From: an archaeon
GTDB lineage: Archaea; Iainarchaeota; Iainarchaeia; JAFGOX01; DATDTB01
Length of the DNA: 40,808 bases
Direction of reading: 5' to 3'
NCBI GenBank assembly: GCA_035291025.1
Contig: DATDTB010000045.1
Span: 1-40,808 of the forward strand
Shown here: positions 33,256 to 40,808 of the stretch, piece after piece
Layout: each line of letters opens with the position of its first letter
Position numbering within the stretch: position 1 is the first letter of the stretch
Notes under the pieces: model-generated
Told to the model about the DNA's origin: nothing
The model's input: the letters and a program-made list of their open reading frames with translations, nothing else
Database searches by the model: none
Program-made: the position numbers and the translations under genes

Positions 33256-34314
33256 CTAAATCGGGTGCATTCCCGGGAACTCCAACCCAGTAGTTTCTGG
33301 GAAGCCCATCATTGCGTTCATGCACTGTACTGCCTGACCTGAGGCGCCCTTCATCATGTTGTCAATGGCTGACATGACTACTAAGCGGTTGCTTCGTTTT
33401 TCGCGTTCGAAGCCCACGTCGCAGTAATTGCTTCCCCAGAGCAGCTTTGGCTCCGGGTAGCGGAAGTTGCCCGAAGTTTCTTTCACGATGCGAATGAATG
33501 GTTCTTTCCCGTATTCCTTGCGGTAAACCTTCCAAACGTCTATTTCCTCCAACGGCTGCTTGAGCCGGACTTGTGAAGTTATTGAAATGCCTCGAACGAG
33601 TTCCACGGCGTGGGGAGAGAAGTCAATTTCCGGTTTTATTCCGTTAAAGCTTAGCTCTTGCTCCATTTCAGCCGTGTGTCTGTGGCCCGTTGGAGCATAA
33701 GAGCGGACGGCGTGCGAGCGATCCGGGTGGTGGGATGACTCCGAGGCAGTTGTCCCAGTGGCAGAGCTGCCGACTTTTCCATCCACGCTAACTCGTCCTT
33801 CAATCAAGCCGTTCTTGAACAACGGGTAAAGGCCCAAAATCGAGGCAGTAGCAAGGCAGCCGGCGCCCGACACGATTCGCGCCTTCCTCATTTCCTCGCG
33901 GTGAAGCTCTGGGATGCCGTAAACGGCTTCCTTCAAGAGCTCGGGAGCGGAGTGCTCGAAGCCGTACCACTCTGGGTAGCCGTTTGCGTTGCGCAACCGG
34001 AAGTCAGCGGACAAGTCGGCAATCCTTGGAGCAAACTCCAAGAGCTTTGGAATTTCCTTCATTGACTCCCCGTGGTGCATTGCCGTGAAAATGAAGTCGC
34101 ATTTTTCCAACTGGCTTGGTTGGACGTACTTCAAGTCAGTGACCTTGCGGAGGTTCGGGTGAGTCGAGGCAACGCGTTTTCCCGGGCTGCTGCGTGACGT
34201 GACTTGCTGTAACTCAACGCGTGGGTGGAATAGCAAGAGCCTGACGAGTTCGCCGCCAGTGTAGCCAGAGCCTCCAACTATTGAAACCCTTAACTTGTCG
34301 TTTGAGTCAGCCAT
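33256..34314 (-). CDS. lysY: [LysW]-aminoadipyl-6-phosphate reductase / N-acetyl-gamma-glutamyl-phosphate reductase
   Basis: VSIVGGSGYTGGELVRLL is a Rossmann motif, SGAGCLATASIL holds the catalytic Cys, and the length matches the ArgC family. Confidence 0.9.
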   Translation of the reverse strand: MADSNDKLRVSIVGGSGYTGGELVRLLLFHPRVELQQVTSRSSPGKRVASTHPNLRKVTDLKYVQPSQLEKCDFIFTAMHHGESMKEIPKLLEFAPRIADLSADFRLRNANGYPEWYGFEHSAPELLKEAVYGIPELHREEMRKARIVSGAGCLATASILGLYPLFKNGLIEGRVSVDGKVGSSATGTTASESSHHPDRSHAVRSYAPTGHRHTAEMEQELSFNGIKPEIDFSPHAVELVRGISITSQVRLKQPLEEIDVWKVYRKEYGKEPFIRIVKETSGNFRYPEPKLLWGSNYCDVGFEREKRSNRLVVMSAIDNMMKGASGQAVQCMNAMMGFPETTGLEFPGMHPI

Positions 34315-34320
34315 TAAAGT

Positions 34321-35172
34321 TCACCTTTTAGCAGTTCCCAAGACGAATTCAACCATTTTCCCGGGAATATTTACGCCGGTTGGCTTGACTGAGTTCTTGA
34401 ACTCCATCTTGTGGTTTATTTCGTTTATTACAAGTCCTTTTTCTGGGTGTTCGAAGACGTCCATTGCCAGGATCGCGCCTTCTTTTCCCGCAACCGCCTT
34501 GGCTGCCTTGAGGCAAAGCTCGCTTAGTTCTGGCGTGACGTCGCACTTAGAGGCCTTGCCGCCGCGCGCAGTGTTCGTTATCCAGTGCTCGGAGTTCCTG
34601 TAAATCGCCGCGATTGTTTCGTCGCCCACCACGAAGGCGCGAATGTCCCTTCCTGGCTTCTTCACGTACTCTTGGATGTAGTAAATGTTGTGGTACAAGT
34701 TCCCCAGGGTTTCCTTGTGCTCCAGCAACGACTCGGCAGCGTCCCTGTCGTTTATTTTCGACAGAAGGCGCGCCCACGACCCCAAGACTGGCTTCATGAC
34801 GCACGGATAGCCTAGTTCTTCAATGGCCTTCAAGGCCTGGACTGGAGTGAATGCAGTGAAGGTCTTGAGCGTGGGAACTTTGTGTTTTTCCAGCGCCAGA
34901 GTCGTGGAGAACTTGTCCCCGCAGAGCCGTGAAACGTCAAAAGAGTTAACTGTTGGAGTGCCTTTCTGGTTCAAGTACTCCGTGATGTACAGCGAGTGCG
35001 TCTGGCTAATGCACCGGTCCAGGAGGACGTCAAAGGAGTGCTGGCTTTTTTCCAAGTCCAGCACCATTTCCCTGTCGTCAACCCTTTCAACTTCCACTCC
35101 CTTGGACTTGAATTCGTCGAACAGCATTTTTTCGTCCAACCTCACAATCGTGTGCAGCAACCCTATTTTCAT
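34321..35172 (-). CDS. lysX: Alpha-aminoadipate--LysW ligase (RimK-type ATP-grasp)
   Basis: MKIGLLHTIVRLDEKML..., YPCVMKPVLGSWARL, YIQEYV and EINHKMEFKN are RimK/LysX family features. Confidence 0.85.
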   Translation of the reverse strand: MKIGLLHTIVRLDEKMLFDEFKSKGVEVERVDDREMVLDLEKSQHSFDVLLDRCISQTHSLYITEYLNQKGTPTVNSFDVSRLCGDKFSTTLALEKHKVPTLKTFTAFTPVQALKAIEELGYPCVMKPVLGSWARLLSKINDRDAAESLLEHKETLGNLYHNIYYIQEYVKKPGRDIRAFVVGDETIAAIYRNSEHWITNTARGGKASKCDVTPELSELCLKAAKAVAGKEGAILAMDVFEHPEKGLVINEINHKMEFKNSVKPTGVNIPGKMVEFVLGTAKR

Positions 35173-35176
35173 CAAA

Positions 35177-36178
35177 TCACTCCAAGAATTCAATTATCCT
35201 CTGCGTAACCTGTGACGTTTTTGCCTTGCCTCCCAAGTCGTACGTCAAAACCTTGCCTTCTTTTAGCACGCTTTCAACAGCCCTTCTTACGTTGAGCGCG
35301 TCTTTTTCCATTCCCAAGTACTCCAGCATCATCGCAGTACTCAGAACCGCGGCCATTGGGTTGACCTTGTTCTGGCCTGCGTGCTTTGGCGCCGAGCCGT
35401 GGACGGGTTCGAACAAAGCGTTTTTTTCGCCGATGTTGGCCGAAGCCGCCAGCCCCAACCCGCCGCATATCTGTGCGGCCAAGTCGGAGAGAATGTCGCC
35501 AAAGAGGTTAGTTGTAACAATTACGTCGAGTTCGCGGGGGTTTTTGACCATTTTCATGGCCATGGCGTCAACGAGGACTTCCTCGGCATGAATTGAAGGA
35601 AAGGCTTTTGCTACTTCAAAGAATGCTTCGCGGAACAACCCGTCGCTGGCCCGCAGGACGTTTGCCTTGTGGACCGCAGTGACTTTTTTCCTTCCCTGCT
35701 TTTTAGCTAGTTCGAAGGCGTGCCTGCAAATCCTCTCGGACGCCTTCCTCGTGATGACGCGAGTCGTTGTAGCCCTGTCCTTCTCGCTTGTTTCAATTCC
35801 TGAGTAAAGCCCTTCAGTGTTTTCCCTCACGATAACAAAGTCCAACCACTTGAACAGAGCTGGAGTGTTCTCGTAGGACTTTGCTGGACGGATGTTGGCG
35901 TACAAGTCAAGCCCTTGCCTCAGCGTCAGCATGGCGCTCTTGTAACCCTTCAATGGCGTCAGTGGAGTGGTTGTGGCGCCGAACAATACAGCGTCGGACT
36001 CGCGCGCCCTTTGAAGCGTTTCCTGCGACACTGAAACCCCTTGTTTTTCGAACACCCTCAAGCCCACGTCGTCTTCAGTGAACGCCAAGGGCGCGCCGGT
36101 TTCCCCGAGTACTCTCAGGGTTGAGTTTATGACGTCAACGCCGATGCCGTCGCCTTTTATCACGAGAACTTTTTTCAT
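35177..36178 (-). CDS. Homoisocitrate dehydrogenase (isocitrate/isopropylmalate dehydrogenase family)
   Basis: Contains VIKGDGIGVDV, VRENTEGLYSG, NLFGDILSDLAA and HGSAP. The substrate is assigned from the lysine-cluster context. Confidence 0.8.
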   Translation of the reverse strand: MKKVLVIKGDGIGVDVINSTLRVLGETGAPLAFTEDDVGLRVFEKQGVSVSQETLQRARESDAVLFGATTTPLTPLKGYKSAMLTLRQGLDLYANIRPAKSYENTPALFKWLDFVIVRENTEGLYSGIETSEKDRATTTRVITRKASERICRHAFELAKKQGRKKVTAVHKANVLRASDGLFREAFFEVAKAFPSIHAEEVLVDAMAMKMVKNPRELDVIVTTNLFGDILSDLAAQICGGLGLAASANIGEKNALFEPVHGSAPKHAGQNKVNPMAAVLSTAMMLEYLGMEKDALNVRRAVESVLKEGKVLTYDLGGKAKTSQVTQRIIEFLE

Positions 36179-36198
36179 GGTCTTTCACTTTTCAATGT

Positions 36199-37290
36199 TC
36201 ACAACTCTAGCAATTCCTCGAAGGTTGCGTGGCCTTTCTCGAGCGACTTCAAGTGCGCCAGCATCCTGTTTTTCTGTTCTTCTCCCAGGGTTATTCCTTT
36301 TTCCCTGGCGTGGAATTCCAAGTGGTGCTTTCCAGCCATCTTGTCCAAGTGGAACTCGCGTTTTCTCCCAATGAGTTCTGCGGGGAAGACTTCGTAGTGT
36401 TCGGGGTTGGCGAACACGCCCGAAACGTGCAAGCCGGCGTTGTGCCTGAAGGCGTTGCTTCCAACTATTGGGGCCTGCGGCGAAACCTTCATGTTGCTGC
36501 AGTTCTCGACTTTTTCCGACAGTGAAGTAAGCATTGAGTACTTCCAGTCCTTTTCAACGCCGTAATGCGTCCTGAGCGCCAGGACTAGTTGTGACAAGTC
36601 CGTTATGCCCGTGCGTTCGCCCAAGCCGTTCACGCAAGTGTCAATTACGCTTGCGCCTGCCTCGAACGCCGCCAAGGAATTGGCGAGAGCGAGTCCTAAG
36701 TCGTTGTGGCAGTGAATGTGCAGCGGGACTTGGACGTTTTGCTTCAAGGCCCACACGAAGTTGTGGACTTTTTGCGGGGTGCCAGCGCCGACTGTGTCTG
36801 CAACGCTTATTCTGTCGGCGCCAGCGCTCACGGCAGCGCGCGACACCCTTATGACGTTGTCCAAGGGGCTGCGTATTGTGTCCTCGGGGGTGTACCTTAC
36901 TTTTAGGCCGTGGTTCTTCGCGTATGAGACCACGTCACCCACCAAGCCGAGCGCTTCGTCCAAGTTTTTCCTGAAATGGCTTTCCAGGCGCTTGTCTGAC
37001 ACGGAAAAGAAAATACCCACCCATTTCGCGTTAGTTTTTAGGATTTCGTCAATGTCCGAACGCATTGATCGAGAGTGCGCCACTACCTTGGCCTTCAACC
37101 CCATTTCCGAGATTTCCTTGACGGCGCGCGCTATGTCGGGCGAGACCGCCGGGTGCCCGGCTTCAATGAAGTCAACCCCGAAGTCGTCAAGCATTGCCGC
37201 AATTTCGAGTTTTTCCCTTATGCTGAAAGTCACTCCCGGCGTCTGCTCGCCTTCCCGCAGCGTCGTGTCAAGTATTTCAACGTTCCTCAT
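36199..37290 (-). CDS. Homocitrate synthase (short LeuA/NifV-type, no C-terminal regulatory domain)
   Basis: ILDTTLREGEQTPGV and HCHNDLGLALANSLAA are present. The ATG at 37290 is preceded by AGGTGA 8 nt upstream; the ORF-track GTG is at 37302. Confidence 0.85.
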   Translation of the reverse strand: MRNVEILDTTLREGEQTPGVTFSIREKLEIAAMLDDFGVDFIEAGHPAVSPDIARAVKEISEMGLKAKVVAHSRSMRSDIDEILKTNAKWVGIFFSVSDKRLESHFRKNLDEALGLVGDVVSYAKNHGLKVRYTPEDTIRSPLDNVIRVSRAAVSAGADRISVADTVGAGTPQKVHNFVWALKQNVQVPLHIHCHNDLGLALANSLAAFEAGASVIDTCVNGLGERTGITDLSQLVLALRTHYGVEKDWKYSMLTSLSEKVENCSNMKVSPQAPIVGSNAFRHNAGLHVSGVFANPEHYEVFPAELIGRKREFHLDKMAGKHHLEFHAREKGITLGEEQKNRMLAHLKSLEKGHATFEELLEL

Positions 37291-37314
37291 TTTTCGTCTC
37301 ACCTTTTTTTGCCT

Positions 37315-37866
37315 TCACTCTTTCACTCCAAGGCTGGCATTCTCCCTTGGCCGTAACGGATCGAGCGGCGCGAGCCCGTTTTGCTTCCTAATGTGGTTAA
37401 TCAAGCCGTTGTCTTTCACTATTTCGAGCACGAACCCTGGATACTTTGGGAACCGCACTGATTCTCCCCCAACCCAAAGCATCCCAGCTTCCAAGTCCAC
37501 TTTCACTGAGTCGTTGTCCTTGATTGACTCCACTGCTTGAATTGATTCAATGACTGGGAGCCCGATGTTTATTGAGTTCCTGTAAAAAATCCGCGCGAAA
37601 GACTTTGCTATTACCGCTTTAACGCCCGAGTACTTCAGACACTCCGAGGCCTGCTCGCGCGAGGACCCGCATCCGAAGTTTTTCCCGGCAACGAGTATTT
37701 CCCTTCCAACTACTTTGTCCTTGAATGAAAGGTCAAAGGTTTCCATTGCGTGTTTTTTCATTTCGCTTGCAGGCATTTGCACGTAAGTGTACTTGCCCGG
37801 CCATATTACGTCAGTGTTGACGTCGTCCGCGTTTTCGTACTTCATGGCCTTCCCAGTAATGATCAT
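37315..37866 (-). CDS. hacB: Homoaconitase small subunit (LeuD/HacB-like)
   Basis: NTDVIWPGKY and GKNFGCGSSREQA are present. Its start overlaps the large-subunit stop (ATGA). Confidence 0.85.
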   Translation of the reverse strand: MIITGKAMKYENADDVNTDVIWPGKYTYVQMPASEMKKHAMETFDLSFKDKVVGREILVAGKNFGCGSSREQASECLKYSGVKAVIAKSFARIFYRNSINIGLPVIESIQAVESIKDNDSVKVDLEAGMLWVGGESVRFPKYPGFVLEIVKDNGLINHIRKQNGLAPLDPLRPRENASLGVKE

Positions 37867-39119
37867 AGGTAATTCCTCGGGTCGGCTATTTTTCCTTCAA
37901 TGCATGAAGCGGCGACAACCGCGGGGCTGGACAGGTAAACGAGGGATTTCTTTGAACCCATCCTCCCGCAAAAGTTCCTGTTGCTAGAGGAAATGCAAAC
38001 TTCGTTGTCCTTCAGCGTGGCGCCAACCACGCCAAAGCACGGGCCGCACGAAGCCGTCATTATTTGCGCCCCTGACTCAACCAGTGAGTCAATTACCCCT
38101 TGCTGCTTGGCTTCCCTCAAGACTTCAACTGACGCCGGGTATACCACGAGCCTCGTGCCCTCGGCCACCTTCCTGCCTTCAAGGACTTTTGCCGCAATTT
38201 CCAAGTCCTCCATTCTCCCGTTAGTGCAGCTCCCCAGATACCCTTGGTGCACGCGCGTCCCGGCAACTTCACTCAATGGCTTTACGTTGTCAACAGTGTG
38301 AGGGCAAGCCACCTGCGGTTCCAGCGAGTCAACGTCCAATTCAACGACTCTTTCGTATCTTGCGTCCTCGTCCGCCCGCACTGGCTCGTACTCTTCTTTA
38401 GTTCGGGCTTGCAGGAATTCCCTTGTTTTCCCGTCAAATTCCATGACGCTGGCCTTCGCGCCCAGTTCAACGCCCATGTTCGTCATGGTCATCCTCGCGC
38501 TCATTGAAAGCCCATTGACAGTTGAGCCAGTGAACTCGATGCACTTGTACGCGGCTCCGTCCGCCCGAAGCAAGCTCAAGAGCTTTAGCAAAACGTCCTT
38601 GGAGTAAACACCTTCCTGCAGCCCTCCCTCCAGCCTTACCTGGATTGACTGCGGGACTCGGAGCCAAATCCTTCCAGTCGCCCAAATCCCCGCCATTTCA
38701 GTCCTGTTGACTGGGACTCCGAAGGCGTTCAACGCGCCGTACAGCGTGCTGTGAGAGTCAGCGCCCACCACTATTTGCCCGGGCAACACGAACCCGCGCT
38801 CAACCATTACCTGGTGCGAAACGCCTGCGGTTGCACCCAGGAAGTTCTTTATCCCCTGCTCTTTTGCGAAGGCCTCGCCCTCCAAGTGGTTGGCGCTGTA
38901 TTCGGGCTTTTCCGGGGGTATGCAGTGGTCGTAAATTACCACTATTTTCTCGCGGTTCCAAACCCTTGAAACGCCAGTGTCGTTGAACTTTTTCACAATG
39001 AACGCCGTGTTGTCGTGCGACATTACCCGGTCGGGCTCTATTGTGGCGATGTCGCCAGGGCTCAACTCCTCTGAGTTTGAGTGCTGCATCAATACCTTTT
39101 CAGCAAACGTGTTACCCAT
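37863..39119 (-). CDS. hacA: Homoaconitase large subunit (LeuC/HacA-like aconitase family)
   Basis: Contains DRVMSHDNT, GADSHT-like GADSHSTLYG, and the Fe-S ligand regions GSCTNGR and ASCGPCFG. Confidence 0.9.
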   Translation of the reverse strand: MGNTFAEKVLMQHSNSEELSPGDIATIEPDRVMSHDNTAFIVKKFNDTGVSRVWNREKIVVIYDHCIPPEKPEYSANHLEGEAFAKEQGIKNFLGATAGVSHQVMVERGFVLPGQIVVGADSHSTLYGALNAFGVPVNRTEMAGIWATGRIWLRVPQSIQVRLEGGLQEGVYSKDVLLKLLSLLRADGAAYKCIEFTGSTVNGLSMSARMTMTNMGVELGAKASVMEFDGKTREFLQARTKEEYEPVRADEDARYERVVELDVDSLEPQVACPHTVDNVKPLSEVAGTRVHQGYLGSCTNGRMEDLEIAAKVLEGRKVAEGTRLVVYPASVEVLREAKQQGVIDSLVESGAQIMTASCGPCFGVVGATLKDNEVCISSSNRNFCGRMGSKKSLVYLSSPAVVAASCIEGKIADPRNYL

Positions 39120-39153
39120 TCCCGTGGCACTCCCTAAGTCAAAATTCTTTTTC

Positions 39154-39318
39154 TCATTCGCCCCAGTCCTCTCCTTCTTCCGGGGCCTTGTCTATTTGCA
39201 GTGGGTTCACTGAGACAACCTCGAGCTCGGTGCCGCATTCCTTGCATTCAAAGATTTCCCCTTTTTCCAGTTTTGACTCGTCCAACTGCAGCTCGGCGCC
39301 GCATGCAACGCATTCCAT
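39154..39318 (-). CDS. lysW: LysW amino-group carrier protein (54 aa, zinc-ribbon, C-terminal EDWGE)
   Basis: Hand translation: MECVACGAELQLDESKLEKGEIFECKECGTELEVVSVNPLQIDKAPEEGEDWGE*. It has two CxxC pairs and the diagnostic acidic C-terminal EDWGE. GGAGGT (39327-39332) lies 8 nt upstream of the ATG. It falls below the 60-aa cutoff of the ORF track. Confidence 0.9.
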   Translation of the reverse strand: MECVACGAELQLDESKLEKGEIFECKECGTELEVVSVNPLQIDKAPEEGEDWGE

Positions 39319-39369
39319 TCCCTTTTACCTCCAAAAAACGATTTTTCCAGTTGAGTGAAGTTTCGAGCG

Positions 39370-39771
39370 CTAGTCCTGCTTGAGCACGGTAAACAGCTTT
39401 GCTTCCATTACCCCGGGCATAGTGCGGATTTTTTCAATGACCGAGTTCAGTTCTTCCATTCCATTGGTGTCAACGTGGCAGATGACGTCGTATTCGCCGG
39501 AAACCTCGGAAACCATTGAAGCCCCCAAGGCCTTGAGCTTTTTCACCACTTCCTGCGTTGGAGTCTTTATGTCGCACTTTATCGCCACTATGCCGCCGGC
39601 CCCCGCGCCCGTGATTATCGTGAACTTCGCGATCGTCTTTTCGCTGACTAGGTTTTCAACGCGCTTGCGCACGGCGCCTTCCGACAGCCCGAGCCTTTTC
39701 GCGAGCTCCACGTTCGACGCCCTCGAGTTCTCCCTGAGGAGGCCCAATATCCTGGAGTCAACGGAGTCCAT
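39370..39771 (-). CDS. Lrp/AsnC-family transcriptional regulator (LysM-like by position upstream of lysW)
   Basis: The N-terminal HTH is DSRILGLLRENSRASNVELAKRLGLSEGAVRKRV and a C-terminal RAM/ACT-like domain follows. It sits directly upstream of lysW on the same strand. Confidence 0.85.
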   Translation of the reverse strand: MDSVDSRILGLLRENSRASNVELAKRLGLSEGAVRKRVENLVSEKTIAKFTIITGAGAGGIVAIKCDIKTPTQEVVKKLKALGASMVSEVSGEYDVICHVDTNGMEELNSVIEKIRTMPGVMEAKLFTVLKQD

Positions 39772-39785
39772 TCCAAAAGACTTGG

Positions 39786-39819
39786 TACGAAAAGATATAA
39801 AAGGAGTGCGTTTTTCGTA
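39786..39819. promoter_or_regulatory. Inverted repeat TACGAAAA...TTTTCGTA bracketing a TATA-like box (39793-39804; TTTATATC on the minus strand) 22 nt upstream of the lrp ATG. Candidate promoter and operator
   Basis: TACGAAAA at 39786-39793 and TTTTCGTA at 39812-39819 are exact reverse complements. The A/T box lies between them. Confidence 0.45.
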
Positions 39820-39848
39820 TTTCGGGATTCTTTTAATGCACCAATAAG

Positions 39849-39861
39849 TACGAAATTCGTA
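39849..39861. promoter_or_regulatory. Perfect 13-bp palindrome TACGAA-A-TTCGTA using the same half-site; candidate Lrp-type binding site
   Basis: The sequence TACGAAATTCGTA was read directly. Apart from the central base it is its own reverse complement. It lies about 80 nt upstream of the lrp start. Confidence 0.45.
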
Positions 39862-39921
39862 TTAGTGCTGGCGTTTGTGTTTCCTGGCCTAGGCTGGGGG
39901 CGTGCGAGACCCTTTTTCTTC

Positions 39922-40170
39922 CTAGAATGACGTTGCCCTGAATATCTTGGTGTAGTGGTACGCCACGAGCATCACAAAAAACACAACAGCCATTATGACA
40001 GCAAAGTACGCGTACCCAAGCGCTTGGTTGATGTTGAGCACCAAGTGGAACACTTCCAGGTAGTTTATCAGGAATATCGCCGCGAGGAGCGAAAGCACCC
40101 AGCTCTTGAACCTGTGCTCTTCCTTGATTTCCAGAATCCTTGAAATGTCACTGTCCATTGTGTTTAACAT
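39922..40170 (-). CDS. Small membrane protein (82 aa), hypothetical
   Basis: Two hydrophobic helices (WVLSLLAAIFLINYL and YAYFAVIMAVVFFVMLVAY). Only ORF in this gap. Confidence 0.5.
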   Translation of the reverse strand: MLNTMDSDISRILEIKEEHRFKSWVLSLLAAIFLINYLEVFHLVLNINQALGYAYFAVIMAVVFFVMLVAYHYTKIFRATSF

Positions 40171-40202
40171 GCTCCAGCTTTTTTTTGCGCCGCGCCTTTT
40201 TT

Positions 40203-40808
40203 TCAGCGCAGGGCCTCCTTTAGTATTTCGTCGTTGTAGTTGACCGTGACCCCGTACCGCCCTATTTCCAAGGGGTGAATCTTTTTGCTGTGGTCCGTGC
40301 CCCGCATCTTCCTCACGGAAAGCGCGCGCAGCGGGGGGCTGAAATAGACGGCTATCACTCCGTCGGCCACGAACTCTTCGACGCCGAAGGCTGACAAGTC
40401 AGTTAAGCCGCCCTTTGTTTCCGCCGTCAAAAGTGTGGTGATGTTCAAGGCCTTCAGTTTTTCTATTACGTCAAAGAGCTTGTAGCGAATGGTTCCGGGC
40501 TCGTTGAGCCACACCCCGAAGGCGGTTGTGCTGTCAATTACTAGGCGCTTGGCGTTCATTTTGGCGGCCAGCGCCTCTATTGCCAGGAATTCGCGGTCAA
40601 CGTTTTTCAAGAACTCTTCGGGGCTCTTTGGGCGTATGGTGTAAAACTCCAGCAAGCCCCGCCTCCTGAGCTCTTCGACGTTCCAGCCAAAGCTCTGGAT
40701 GTTCCACCCCAGGTTCTTCTTGCCTTCCTCGAAGCTGATGAATATTCCGGGCTCCTGGAAGCTCACGGCGCCGTTGTACAAGAACTGAGTGCACAAGATA
40801 GTCTTGCC
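40203..40808 (-). CDS. KaiC/RecA-superfamily ATPase (COG0467-like), 5'-truncated by the window edge
   Basis: Reading in frame to the edge gives ...GKTILCTQFLYNG (end of Walker A). LVIDSTTAF is Walker B-like and SVRKMRGTDHSKKIHPLEI is typical of KaiC-like single-domain ATPases. Confidence 0.85.
   Translation of the reverse strand, partial: GKTILCTQFLYNGAVSFQEPGIFISFEEGKKNLGWNIQSFGWNVEELRRRGLLEFYTIRPKSPEEFLKNVDREFLAIEALAAKMNAKRLVIDSTTAFGVWLNEPGTIRYKLFDVIEKLKALNITTLLTAETKGGLTDLSAFGVEEFVADGVIAVYFSPPLRALSVRKMRGTDHSKKIHPLEIGRYGVTVNYNDEILKEALR

Noticed and set aside
36716-37540. 274-aa + strand ORF spanning the homocitrate synthase and homoaconitase small-subunit genes
   Set aside because: It is antisense to two genes with unmistakable conserved motifs, and its sequence is Ser/Thr/Pro-rich low complexity.
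35177-39119. Alternative reading of the HCS, aconitase and dehydrogenase genes as leucine (LeuA/LeuCD/LeuB) or coenzyme-B (Aks) enzymes
   Set aside because: They lie between lysW and lysX/Y/Z/J/K in one co-directional array, and the synthase lacks the LeuA regulatory domain. Lysine (AAA) is therefore the simplest assignment, though substrate specificity cannot be read from sequence by eye.
1-40808. CRISPR arrays, rRNA genes, transposases or IS elements, toxin-antitoxin pairs
   Set aside because: I saw no regularly spaced direct repeats and no rRNA-like segments. Intergenic gaps are all under about 250 nt and are accounted for. I recognised no DDE or serine/tyrosine recombinase motifs.

Overview
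Archaeal chromosomal window, moderately GC-rich and almost fully coding. Archaeal hallmarks are BHB-type tRNA introns, tRNA-Tyr with a C1-G72 pair, diphthine synthase, Trm5, a LysW pathway and FlaI/FlaJ-type genes. Contents: (1) A minus-strand block (1-9381) of three giant surface proteins. Two are paralogous ~800-aa cysteine-rich proteins with type-IV-pilin-like (class III) N-termini. The third is a >1,490-aa tandem beta-sandwich protein that runs off the left edge and is missing from the supplied ORF track. (2) Two tandem small Cys-rich anchored paralogs (11398-12447) sharing a 79-nt near-identical block. (3) An Epd/Tad-like type IV filament assembly module (16087-20533): a secretion ATPase with a long N-terminal extension plus two separate platform genes. 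(4) Housekeeping genes: uppS, RNase Z, diphthine synthase, Trm5, two HAD hydrolases, an M20 peptidase, an EamA transporter, and DUF63, DUF192 and DUF357 proteins. (5) Three minus-strand tRNAs (Tyr, Asn, Arg). Tyr carries a ~106-nt intron and Arg a ~46-nt intron. (6) A complete co-directional LysW-dependent alpha-aminoadipate lysine cluster (29351-39771). It includes a 54-aa LysW too short for the ORF track, and it is headed by an Lrp/AsnC regulator with palindromic operator-like sites. (7) A partial KaiC-like ATPase at the right edge. I saw no CRISPR array, rRNA, transposase or integrase. The best candidate for an undescribed system is the giant pilin-like/adhesin block together with the small Cys-rich paralogs and the nearby filament assembly genes. 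This could be a disulfide-rich surface attachment apparatus. All family calls come from motif recognition by eye; no searches were run.
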